A stretch of 32,000 nt of DNA from Fastidiosibacter lacustris. GTDB lineage: Bacteria > Pseudomonadota > Gammaproteobacteria > Francisellales > Francisellaceae. Positions 20,772 through 31,049 of the stretch are shown here, piece by piece (positions within the stretch are counted from its first letter, which is position 1; each line of letters starts with the position of its first letter). The DNA is taken from assembly GCF_003428155.1 (NCBI RefSeq), contig NZ_QLIR01000011.1:30001-62000 (forward strand). The letters run 5' to 3'. Made by a program: the position numbers and the translations under genes. The notes under the pieces are model-generated. The model saw only the letters and a list, made by a program, of their open reading frames with translations. It was not told the origin of the DNA and did not search any database.

Positions 20772-22421
20772 ATGAAAATTTCCATAGTTCAATTAAATTA
20801 CGTTATTGCTGATTTTGACTATAACTTTGAAAAAATAAGTAAAGCAATATATACACATAAAGATTCAGATTTGATCGTTTTTTCTGAACTGTGTATTACA
20901 GGTTACTATCCATATGATTTGTTAACTTATCCTGAAATTATTGATAGGCAAAATGAAGTAATTCAAAGAATTAAAGATTTAACAAAAAAATTACAGGTTG
21001 CTGTTATAATAGGTGCAGCTACAACAGTTTCAGCGCTTAAAAAGTTTCATAATAGTGCACTTGTAATTGATAAAGGTGAACTTGTATTTAGTTATCATAA
21101 GCAATTAATTCCAAGTTATGGTGTATTTGATGAAGCACGGCATTTTATTCCAGCTAAAAATAACCCCGTATTTTCATTTAAAGGTCAAAGCATAGCACTT
21201 TTGGTATGTGAAGATATTTGGTATGACAATCATCAAGGCTATGATTATAATCCTATCGACGCTTTATCGTCGATAGGATTAGACGTCACTATTGTATTAA
21301 ATGCCTCACCATCGATGTTAGGCAAATTTCGACAACGCCAACGCATTGTGTCTAATATTGCCAATAAACTAAAGTCACCTATTATTTATAGCTCACAAGT
21401 TGGTGGTTATGATGAGCTTGTCTATGATGGCGCAAGTTTTATTTGTAATAAAAAGGGCGAGCTTATCGCTCTAGCAAAGCATTTTGAAGAGGATGTAATT
21501 AGTGTTGACTTGGCAAATTTACCTTCTACGATATTGCCTTATCCTTATCAGAATCAGCCATATGCTTTAGTTTTAAAGCAGCTTACCTGTGGGCTTTATG
21601 ATTATGTGCATAAATGTGGTTTTAAGGGTGTGGTTGTGGGCTCATCTGGTGGCATTGATAGTGCTTTGACACTTGCTATTGCAACTTTAGCATTAGGTAA
21701 AGAAAATGTAAAAGCCATTACGATGCCATCAGCTTATTCTTCAGCAGGCAGCGTTGATGACTCTGTTAAGCTATGCCACAATCTTGAAATTGAGTTATTT
21801 ATCCGTGAGATCAAAGAAGAATTCTTATTAACTTGTCAGAATTTTGAAAAGGCATTTGGGCATCTACCTAAAAAACTCACCCAAGAGAATATGCAAGCAC
21901 GCATTCGTGGACGCATTGTGATGGAATATTCTAATGACAGCGGATTTTTGATGCTTACAACAGGTAACAAAAGCGAGTTGGCGGTAGGTTATGCAACCCT
22001 CTATGGAGATATGTGTGGTGCGTTGAATTGCATAGGTGATTTGTATAAACACGACGTTTATGCGTTAGCTGAATATATCAATCAATGTTATGGTGAGCTT
22101 ATCCCCAAAGCGATCATTGATAAAGCCCCATCTGCGGAACTTTCAGAAGGTCAGAAAGATTCGGATAGTTTACCGGATTACTACTATTTAGATGCTATGC
22201 TTAAACTCTATTTAGAACGTGATTTATTGCAAGAAACAGAAATTAAGCATCTACAAAAAATCGTTGATAAAGTGGATATAAAAGAGCAAAAACGCATTTA
22301 TAAAATGGTGGAATTTGCTGAATTTAAACGTAAGCAAGCACCACAAATTCTGTTTATTCAACGTCGACCTTTTGGAATAGGGCGCAGAATGCCAGTAACA
22401 GCAAAATTTCAAAAGCAATAG
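20772..22421 (+). CDS. nadE: glutamine-dependent NAD+ synthetase
   Basis: 549 aa. The N-terminal CN-hydrolase domain has a candidate Glu/Lys/Cys triad (FSELCITGY, YHKQLIP, LLVCEDIW). The C-terminal NAD synthetase domain has the ATP-pyrophosphatase motif VVGSSGGIDSAL. Confidence 0.92.
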   Translation: MKISIVQLNYVIADFDYNFEKISKAIYTHKDSDLIVFSELCITGYYPYDLLTYPEIIDRQNEVIQRIKDLTKKLQVAVIIGAATTVSALKKFHNSALVIDKGELVFSYHKQLIPSYGVFDEARHFIPAKNNPVFSFKGQSIALLVCEDIWYDNHQGYDYNPIDALSSIGLDVTIVLNASPSMLGKFRQRQRIVSNIANKLKSPIIYSSQVGGYDELVYDGASFICNKKGELIALAKHFEEDVISVDLANLPSTILPYPYQNQPYALVLKQLTCGLYDYVHKCGFKGVVVGSSGGIDSALTLAIATLALGKENVKAITMPSAYSSAGSVDDSVKLCHNLEIELFIREIKEEFLLTCQNFEKAFGHLPKKLTQENMQARIRGRIVMEYSNDSGFLMLTTGNKSELAVGYATLYGDMCGALNCIGDLYKHDVYALAEYINQCYGELIPKAIIDKAPSAELSEGQKDSDSLPDYYYLDAMLKLYLERDLLQETEIKHLQKIVDKVDIKEQKRIYKMVEFAEFKRKQAPQILFIQRRPFGIGRRMPVTAKFQKQ

Positions 22422-22763
22422 GAGTTTTAAATGAAAAAGGTAGCTGCGTTTGTATTATCATAAAATATGTTGATCTGTTAGATGAAATTGACAAGACCCA
22501 ATCACTTAAATATTTGAAAAAAGGTTAAATGATAAAGAATACTATAAAATATCAAAATACGATGGATTGGTAAGACAAAATTATATTACTTTATTTGCGA
22601 ATATCAGCATTCTTTAAATAAACTTGATAACCTTTTTACTAAAGGTTTAGAAATAACTCACAAAGATAGAAATAAAAAAGGCATCAAAATTTTATTGTGA
22701 CTGTGCTTTATCTCATTTAAGCTTGGAAGCTAAATGATATAAAGATGAAAGTTAGAAACCACT

Positions 22764-24029
22764 ATGTCAGTTGACAAACCAAAATATGCCATGTTATTTA
22801 CTCCAATTTTAAGCATGTGTATTTTAACTATTGGTAATACTTTTTATACAACTTATACCACGCTTGAATTAGAGCGTATGGGGCAGAGTAATTTTATTGT
22901 GGGTTTGATCTCTGCTGCTTATTTTACTGGAATGGTGCTAGGTTCTTATTTTAGTCAAAAGCTTATTTTGCGAATAGGTTATATTCGAGCATATGTCCTA
23001 TTTGCAACTTTGATGGGGTTAGGCGCTATCTCACAGGGTATATTCTATGACGTACCCATTTGGGGAATATCACGTTTTATTTGTGGTTATGCACTTGCTG
23101 GGCTTTTTATCGTTGTTGAAGCATGGTGCTTAGAGGGAGCAGGTAAGAGTCACAAAGGACTTGTATTGTCGATTTATTTGTTTATTTATTATTTTGTCCA
23201 AGCAAGCGGACAATTTTTATTAAATATTCCATTTAACAGCGTGTTGATGACCTTTTGTGTGATTTCCATTTTGGCATCGATATCGATTATCCCAGTGTGT
23301 TTGACACGTTTTGAAATGCCAAAACAGGAGCATCCTAATCTGCTTTCACCTGTTATCCTTTATAAAAAAGCACCACTTGGTATGTGGACAGCGCTTGTTG
23401 CCGGGATGATATTAGGGAGTATTTATACGATTTATCCATTATTTCTAAAACAAGCAAAGATTCCCATTGAAAGCATTTCGTATCTGATGTTTGCCATTAT
23501 TCTTGGTGGTATGTTGCTTCAATTACCAATTGGTAAAATATCTGATTTAGTTGATCGCAGGATTGTGCTTGTATCAATGTTGATAGGCTCGGTGTTTATT
23601 TCCATTTTGATTTGTATCTTTCATAATAATTTTTGGCAACTTGCGATTTTTTCATTTATCCTAGGTGGACTTACTTTTACTTTTTACCCTTTGTCTATTA
23701 GCTATTCTAGCGATTATTTAAGTGCCGATCAGTTGATAGGTATCGTTGGGATTTTAGCACTTTCTTATGGGATGGGATCAATGATAGGACCGCTTGGTGT
23801 GACTTGGCTTATGTCCTTGTTTGGACCGTTTGGATTTTTTATTTATGTTGGTTTTGTTTGTTTATTGCTTATGACTTACACTTTATGGCGTATACGTGTG
23901 CGTCAAGCACCCAATAATAATGAGAAGGTTGCATTTCAAAGCATGGCTGCTGAAACTTCTGTGGCGATAGAAGTCGTTTATGAACAGCAGTTAATGGAAG
24001 AAAAAGAAGCCCCTGCTCATAAGCAATAA
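22764..24029 (+). CDS. MFS transporter (YcaD-like)
   Basis: 421 aa and highly hydrophobic, with about 12 predicted TM stretches. The N-terminal half (AAYFTGMVLGSYFSQKLILRIGYIRAY...SRFICGYALAGLFIVVEAW) resembles the YcaD/YfkF-type MFS pattern as recalled. Substrate is unknown. Confidence 0.8.
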   Translation: MSVDKPKYAMLFTPILSMCILTIGNTFYTTYTTLELERMGQSNFIVGLISAAYFTGMVLGSYFSQKLILRIGYIRAYVLFATLMGLGAISQGIFYDVPIWGISRFICGYALAGLFIVVEAWCLEGAGKSHKGLVLSIYLFIYYFVQASGQFLLNIPFNSVLMTFCVISILASISIIPVCLTRFEMPKQEHPNLLSPVILYKKAPLGMWTALVAGMILGSIYTIYPLFLKQAKIPIESISYLMFAIILGGMLLQLPIGKISDLVDRRIVLVSMLIGSVFISILICIFHNNFWQLAIFSFILGGLTFTFYPLSISYSSDYLSADQLIGIVGILALSYGMGSMIGPLGVTWLMSLFGPFGFFIYVGFVCLLLMTYTLWRIRVRQAPNNNEKVAFQSMAAETSVAIEVVYEQQLMEEKEAPAHKQ

Positions 24030-24050
24030 ACTCTGCAAAATGATTTTTGA

Positions 24051-25106
<1,056 letters not shown>

Positions 25107-25153
25107 TAGATAAAAAGATCAAAGAAAATATAAAAAAATAAAAAGGTTTAAAA

Positions 25154-27535
25154 ATGAAATTCAGTCATCAATGGTTGAGCAATTATTTGGATGAAAGCCC
25201 CACAGTGAGTGTGCTTAAGGAAAAACTCACCACAGCAGGATTAGAAGTCGATTCAATTGAGGCGGTCGCACCACCTTTTAGTGGTGTTGTTGTAGCAGAA
25301 ATTAAAAGTATTGAAAAACATCGAGCTGCCGATAAGTTAAATATTTGCCAAGTAGATATTGGTGAAGATGAGCTATTGACTATCGTTTGTGGAGCAGGAA
25401 ATGTTTACGCCGGAATGAAAGCACCACTGGCAAAAATTGGAGCACGGTTGCCTGGTGATTTTAAAATCAAAAAAAGTGAGCTTAGAGGGCAAGAGTCTTT
25501 TGGTATGTTGTGCTCGGAAAAAGAGCTAGGCATAAGTGAAGAAAGTGAAGGTTTAATGGACTTACCTATTGACGCCCCTATTGGTATAGATATACGCCAG
25601 TATTTACAGTTGGACGATGATGTTATAGAAGTCGACTTAACGCCAAATCGCGCCGATTGTTTAAGTGTTTATGGTATTGCTAGAGAAGTGTCAGCCTTAA
25701 CAAGTTCAAAATTAATAAAATTACCAGTAGTTGAATTACAAGCAACACAAAAAGCATCTAAAACCATAATAAGCCAAGCAAGCACACTTTGTCCGCGCTA
25801 TTTTGGACGAATGATTAAAAGCGTTAATACTAAAGCTACAACACCTTTGTGGATGAAAGAGCGGTTACGTCGTTCAGGTTTGCGTTCAATTTCAGTTATT
25901 GTAGATATTACCAATTACGTTCTACTTGAACTTGGTCAGCCGATGCACGCATTTGATGCTGATAAACTAACAGGTAGTGTTTATACACGTATGGCAAAAG
26001 AGGGTGAGAAGATTATTTTGCTAGATGAGACTGAGGTGACTTTAAAAAGCAATACGCTTGTTATTGCTGATGATAACAAAGTGTTGGCAATTGCAGGTGT
26101 GATGGGTGGGCTTTATTCTTCGGTGACGGAAAACAGCAAGACTATATTCTTAGAAAGTGCTTATTTTACACCAGAGGCAATCGCAGGAAAAGCGCGTCAA
26201 TATGGACTTCACACCGATTCATCTCATCGATTTGAACGTGGTGTAGATCCTAATCTTTGTGCATATGCAATTGATTATGCAACTTATCTTATTCTTGATA
26301 TTGCTGGTGGAGAAATAGAAGATCTAGCAGTTGCAGATCACTATGTTGATGAAAACAAAATAATAACTTTGCGTTTGAGCAAGATTAATTCTATTTTAGG
26401 GATGAATTTTGAGACAAGTTATGTTGAGCAAATACTTCAATCATTGAATATCTCTATCAATAAATTATCACAAGATGCAAATGAAACACTTTGGCAGGTA
26501 ATCCCGCCAAGCTATCGTTTTGATATAGCAATTGAAGAAGACTTGATTGAAGAGGTTGGTCGTATTTATGGCTATCAAAACTTACCGATGAGTTTACCAG
26601 AAGTATCTTTGATACAACAGCAGGTATCTGAACAGGTAGTGGCGCTTAATCGTTTAAAAATAGTTTTGGTTGATCGTGGTTATCATGAGGTAGTGAATTA
26701 CAGTTTTATCGACCCTAAACTAGATGCTTTATTTTTTAACCAGGCGGGACTTACATTACAAAACCCAATTTCACAAGATATGTCAGTGATGCGCCAAGGT
26801 CTGATTCCTGGGTTAGTCAGTACTTTTAAGTTCAACTTAAACCGTCAACAGTCACGCATACGCATTTTTGAAGAAGGAGTGTGCTTTCAACCAGCTGAGC
26901 AGCTGGCACATGAATATTTGCATTTTGCAGGTCTTGCTTATGGCAATATCAATCCACTGAATTGGCAAGAAACAACTTTAGCAGACTTCTATTCTGTTAA
27001 AGCCGATGTGGAGGCGTTACTACAACTTAATAAAAAGTCGATTAATTATGTTACATGTGAAGATATCGATTGGTTGCACCCAGGTCAGTCTGCTTATATT
27101 TACCAAAACGGCGAGCAAGTTGGTGTGATTGGTATTTTGCATCCAAATATTATGAAAGTCATGCAGATTAAGGGGAAATCACCTGTCGTATTTGAGCTGC
27201 AAACTAGCAAAATTTCAAATCGAGATATTGCTAAGTTCATGGCAATTTCAAAATATCCAGCGGTTTCACGTGACATTGCGGTGATTGTTGATCGAAATAC
27301 AACAGCTCAAAGGTTAATCGATGCAGTGAATAAAGCAAATGTATCACATTTGAATCAAGTGGATTTATTTGACATCTATCAAGGCGAAAGCTTGCCTGAA
27401 GATAAGAAGAGTGTTGCTTTAAATTTAATATTTCAAGACAATACGCAAACGCTGACTGATGAAATGATGAATGAAGCAATTACTAAAATTCTTACCTCTT
27501 TAAAAACCCATGTGGATGCGAGTTTGCGTGAATAG
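25154..27535 (+). CDS. pheT: phenylalanine--tRNA ligase beta subunit
   Basis: 793 aa. The N-terminus MKFSHQWLSNYL matches E. coli MKFSELWLREWV. Total length and position immediately after pheS fit pheT. Confidence 0.96.
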   Translation: MKFSHQWLSNYLDESPTVSVLKEKLTTAGLEVDSIEAVAPPFSGVVVAEIKSIEKHRAADKLNICQVDIGEDELLTIVCGAGNVYAGMKAPLAKIGARLPGDFKIKKSELRGQESFGMLCSEKELGISEESEGLMDLPIDAPIGIDIRQYLQLDDDVIEVDLTPNRADCLSVYGIAREVSALTSSKLIKLPVVELQATQKASKTIISQASTLCPRYFGRMIKSVNTKATTPLWMKERLRRSGLRSISVIVDITNYVLLELGQPMHAFDADKLTGSVYTRMAKEGEKIILLDETEVTLKSNTLVIADDNKVLAIAGVMGGLYSSVTENSKTIFLESAYFTPEAIAGKARQYGLHTDSSHRFERGVDPNLCAYAIDYATYLILDIAGGEIEDLAVADHYVDENKIITLRLSKINSILGMNFETSYVEQILQSLNISINKLSQDANETLWQVIPPSYRFDIAIEEDLIEEVGRIYGYQNLPMSLPEVSLIQQQVSEQVVALNRLKIVLVDRGYHEVVNYSFIDPKLDALFFNQAGLTLQNPISQDMSVMRQGLIPGLVSTFKFNLNRQQSRIRIFEEGVCFQPAEQLAHEYLHFAGLAYGNINPLNWQETTLADFYSVKADVEALLQLNKKSINYVTCEDIDWLHPGQSAYIYQNGEQVGVIGILHPNIMKVMQIKGKSPVVFELQTSKISNRDIAKFMAISKYPAVSRDIAVIVDRNTTAQRLIDAVNKANVSHLNQVDLFDIYQGESLPEDKKSVALNLIFQDNTQTLTDEMMNEAITKILTSLKTHVDASLRE

Positions 27536-27541
27536 GGTTAG

Positions 27542-28063
27542 TTAATAACAGTACTCAATTGCTTTGAAAATTCCCTGTATGATTTGAACAGGTGAAGGAG
27601 GGCACCCTTTGACAACTACATCCACTGGAATAATCCCTTGAATTCCTCCTTCAACCGCATAACTGTCTTTAAAAACGCCTCCACAATGCGCACAATCACC
27701 TATAGCTAGAACTAACTTTGGATGAGGCATGGCCTCATAGGTTTTAACAAGCGCATCACGCATATTTTTGGTTATAGGACCTGTCACAAATAACATGTCG
27801 GCATGACGGGGACTTGCAACAAATCGTATACCATAGCTCTCAAGGTTATAAAAGGGATTGTTAGTTGCATGAACTTCAAGTTCGCAGGCATTACAAGAGC
27901 CGGCATCCACCATACGAATAGCAAGTGCTTTACCAAAACGTTGAGCAATTCTTTTTTCAAGTATCTTGCCAACTATTTCTAGATCATCAATATCATTAAC
28001 TATAGGGTTTATTTTTTCACTTTTAATACCTGTTTTAAGTAACTTTTTTGTAAACTTCCACAT
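27542..28063 (-). CDS. NuoB/HycG/HyfI-type small subunit of a group-4-hydrogenase-like complex ([4Fe-4S] ligands intact)
   Basis: 173 aa with the blocks DAGSCNACELE, SPRHADMLFVTGPIT, AIGDCAHCGG and GCPPSP. Cys57, Cys60, Cys124 and Cys154 show the canonical CxxC-(63)-C-(29)-CP spacing. GAGGA lies about 10 nt upstream of the ATG, and the start is 2 nt after the stop of the preceding gene. Confidence 0.88.
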   Translation of the reverse strand: MWKFTKKLLKTGIKSEKINPIVNDIDDLEIVGKILEKRIAQRFGKALAIRMVDAGSCNACELEVHATNNPFYNLESYGIRFVASPRHADMLFVTGPITKNMRDALVKTYEAMPHPKLVLAIGDCAHCGGVFKDSYAVEGGIQGIIPVDVVVKGCPPSPVQIIQGIFKAIEYCY

Positions 28064-28065
28064 GA

Positions 28066-29592
28066 TTAGCTGTCCTCACCACTGTAGCTTAAGTTAAAAG
28101 ATTTATTAATAAGTGGAAAATCAGCAACGATATTATTCATAACAGCATGACTTAATGCAGGCCAGTTTTGCCATGAAGGATCGTGGAAATGGCACCATGA
28201 AACTTTAGTATCATGAAGTTGGACTGCAATACATATAGGGCCTCTCCAACTCTCTACGCACATAATACTGATCTTTTCTGTTGAGGATTGATCTATGTCA
28301 AGTGCTTGTGTACAGTTATTGAATCCTAATTGCAAAAATTGTTCAATCATATCAATGCTTTGTAAGCATTCACGAAAACGCACATATACGCGTGCAGCGA
28401 CATCACCTGTTTCTGCCGTTATAGGTGTAAAATCAATTTCAGAATAAGGATAAAGTGTGCAGGATGCCCTGGCATCGATAGCAATGCCAGATGCCTTTGC
28501 GATTATACCTAAAACACCTAAAGATTGAGCAAGAGTATGCGTTAAAATACCGGTTGTTTTCAAGCGATCTTGAAGTCCATGGTGATCATGATAAATCTGC
28601 TCTAATTGGAACAACTGCTTTTTTACATCATTAAGGTGGTTGAGTAAATCATGTACTATAGATTTATCCCACATAGTCATATACTGTTGTGGGGAGATGG
28701 CATCCATCATATATCGATGATGTGTTAGCAGTTTATTCTCACGTACAAGTTTTTCTTTTAAGATGGAGAATTGCATTGCTAAGCTGATAAAACCGGTGTC
28801 GTTAATAATAGCACCAATATCACCGATGTGGTTAATCAAGCGTTCGCGTTCAAGTAAAATAGCACGTATACATTTTGTTTTAGCATCTATTTCAAAGCCA
28901 AGCTGCTTCTCACAAGCAAGTGCAAAAGCATAAGCATAAGCTACAGTAGTGTCACCACTTACTCTTCCAAGTAAAGAAGCTGCTTCTGACATGCTTTTAT
29001 TGATAAGTAAAGAATGAATGCCTTTATGTGTGTATCCCAATCGATCTTCTAGTTTTAAAATTCGCTCACCAACGATAGAAAAACGAAAGTGTCCAGGTTC
29101 GATAATTCCTGCATGCACAGGACCTACTGGAATTTCATGGACTCCTTCTCCTGAGACTTTGTTAAAAACATAATGTAATTTGGCAAAGCGACTTGATTTG
29201 CTGTAGGGATTTAAAATTCCCATTTTGAAATGACCATGATTTAGCCATGCACGTTTATCTTTTGCTTTTTTTGTTGGAATTTTGGTTAAATCGTGGATAG
29301 CTCTGTGTAATCTCTCATTTATAGGAAAGGCTTCACTTAAATCAATAAGCATTGGTCGTTTTGGATTTAGTCGAGACACAATGCAGAGCCAGTAGGCTTG
29401 ATAATAATACAATACATACCAGTTCGTTTCATTTGAAGAGGAGTCAAAAGCAATCCATTCTGTAAGCAAAAGACCATTTTGAGATTTAATTTCTTTAGCA
29501 AGAGGATATTGTAACCTAATATCAACAGATAAATATTGATAAGCCTTGATGTTATTAAAGTGTAAAAGATCATTCAGCATTGTTTTATTCAT
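28066..29592 (-). CDS. fused NuoC+NuoD / HycE-HyfG-type large-subunit homologue lacking the [NiFe] cysteine ligands
   Basis: 508 aa. Residues 1 to about 140 form a NuoC-like N-domain (PINERLHRAIHDL). The HycE/NuoD-type core follows (IPVGPVHAGIIEPGHFRFSIVGERILKLEDRLGYTHKGI). The L1 motif position reads RVSGDTTVAY instead of RxCGxCxxxH. The C-terminus reads NLSYSGEDS-stop instead of DPCxxCxx[H/R]. Confidence 0.88.
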   Translation of the reverse strand: MNKTMLNDLLHFNNIKAYQYLSVDIRLQYPLAKEIKSQNGLLLTEWIAFDSSSNETNWYVLYYYQAYWLCIVSRLNPKRPMLIDLSEAFPINERLHRAIHDLTKIPTKKAKDKRAWLNHGHFKMGILNPYSKSSRFAKLHYVFNKVSGEGVHEIPVGPVHAGIIEPGHFRFSIVGERILKLEDRLGYTHKGIHSLLINKSMSEAASLLGRVSGDTTVAYAYAFALACEKQLGFEIDAKTKCIRAILLERERLINHIGDIGAIINDTGFISLAMQFSILKEKLVRENKLLTHHRYMMDAISPQQYMTMWDKSIVHDLLNHLNDVKKQLFQLEQIYHDHHGLQDRLKTTGILTHTLAQSLGVLGIIAKASGIAIDARASCTLYPYSEIDFTPITAETGDVAARVYVRFRECLQSIDMIEQFLQLGFNNCTQALDIDQSSTEKISIMCVESWRGPICIAVQLHDTKVSWCHFHDPSWQNWPALSHAVMNNIVADFPLINKSFNLSYSGEDS

Positions 29593-31049
29593 GACTTTCC
29601 ACCTATGATGGAATATATAGCAGAATCAAGTAAGAAAATAGGCATATAAAGTCCTGCTATGATAACCAATATCAAATGAGCTCCCACTGTCCAGTAAATA
29701 TGTTTTGTATTTTTTAAATGAGTGATGGGAGTGTTTAATTGTCCAAAAAACAATGGCTGAGTTTTTAATAGTATGGCTAAAAATGCGAGTATCAGTCCTA
29801 CGACAAGCAAAATCATAAGACCAATATTAGCCTCCATTGCTGCTAGAATCAGTAGTAATTCACTTATAAACAATCCCGATGGTGGTAAACCAAGAATAGC
29901 CAAAAAAGAGATTAAAAATAAACTTGCGGTTATAGGAGATTTTTCAAATAATGCACGAATTTTTTGTAGTACTTGAGTATGAAATTGCTGAATTACTGTA
30001 CCAGATATTAAGAGCAAAGCAGTTTTAACTAAGGCATGTATCCAGATGTGTAGTATCGCTGTAAGTAATGCAAGCCTGTTGCCAATTCCAATTGCAATGC
30101 TGATAAGTCCCATGTGTTCAATTGAAGAGTATGCTAACAAGCGATTAAGTGTTCGTTGGCGAAATAGTGATAGGGCTGCAAAAAATAAGCTGATAAAGCC
30201 AAAGGTTAAGAAAAGGTAACAAGGAAAATTAATTAAGCCTGCGTTGGCAAATAATAGCTTAAACTTGAGCAAGGCAAATAACGCTAAATTAAGCAAAGCG
30301 CCTGATGATAAGGCATTTACCATTGGGTATCCTTCGGCATAGGCATCTGGCAACCAATTGTGTAATGGGACGAATCCGACTTTAGTACCATAACCAACAA
30401 AAAGAAATACAAAGCTGATGCTTAATAATTTGGCAGGAATTTGAGAGATATTTGTCATTAATTTTGTCCATAGTAAGCCTTCTTCTCCCAGACCATGAGT
30501 ATAAGCACCAAAATATAAAATCACAGTACCAAGTAGTGCAAACCCAATACCTACGCCGCATAAAATCAAATATTTCCATGAAGCTTCTAGCGCTTGTGGG
30601 GTTTGTCTTAATCCGACTAATGCAATACTGGAGATAGTAGCAAGTTCCATGGCAATCCACATCATGCCGATATTATTACTGAGTAATACAATCAGCATGC
30701 CTAGCAAGAACAATTGGTAAGTCGTATGATAAAAGCGATAAACTAAAGGATGTAAATGTGTTTTATTTTCATTATCCAGATAGCTAATGCTATAAAAACT
30801 TGTGCTCATTCCAATAAAGCTGCTAAGTATAATAAAAAGGACATTCAGTTTGTCACACATAAACCAGTCTTTGAAAAAAAATAGTGCTGTATCTTCAACA
30901 TATATTACATAGCCTAAAATAATGCTTATGATAAAGCTTAAACTGCATAATATAGCATTTACATGAGTCGCATATTTCCTGTTTTCTATCCAAGGCAATA
31001 GGACTAAAGCAATAACAGAAGGCAAGAGTAATAGCGTAATCAAGTTCAT
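29589..31049 (-). CDS. NuoL/M/N-type antiporter-like membrane subunit (HyfD/HyfF-like)
   Basis: 486 aa polytopic membrane protein. The family blocks WIAMELATIS (TM5-type Glu) and GYGTKVGFVPLHNWLPDAYAEGYPMVNALSSG (TM7-type Lys and His) are present. ATGA overlaps occur at both ends. Confidence 0.88.
   Translation of the reverse strand: MNLITLLLLPSVIALVLLPWIENRKYATHVNAILCSLSFIISIILGYVIYVEDTALFFFKDWFMCDKLNVLFIILSSFIGMSTSFYSISYLDNENKTHLHPLVYRFYHTTYQLFLLGMLIVLLSNNIGMMWIAMELATISSIALVGLRQTPQALEASWKYLILCGVGIGFALLGTVILYFGAYTHGLGEEGLLWTKLMTNISQIPAKLLSISFVFLFVGYGTKVGFVPLHNWLPDAYAEGYPMVNALSSGALLNLALFALLKFKLLFANAGLINFPCYLFLTFGFISLFFAALSLFRQRTLNRLLAYSSIEHMGLISIAIGIGNRLALLTAILHIWIHALVKTALLLISGTVIQQFHTQVLQKIRALFEKSPITASLFLISFLAILGLPPSGLFISELLLILAAMEANIGLMILLVVGLILAFLAILLKTQPLFFGQLNTPITHLKNTKHIYWTVGAHLILVIIAGLYMPIFLLDSAIYSIIGGKS

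Noticed and set aside
28066-29592. Annotating the operon as a functional formate hydrogenlyase / hydrogenase-4 (hyfG/hycE, hyfI/hycG).
   Set aside because: The large subunit lacks both CxxC Ni-Fe ligand pairs, and no maturation or formate dehydrogenase genes are visible. Homology to hyf/hyc is clear, but hydrogenase activity is not supportable, so I gave no hyf or hyc gene symbols.
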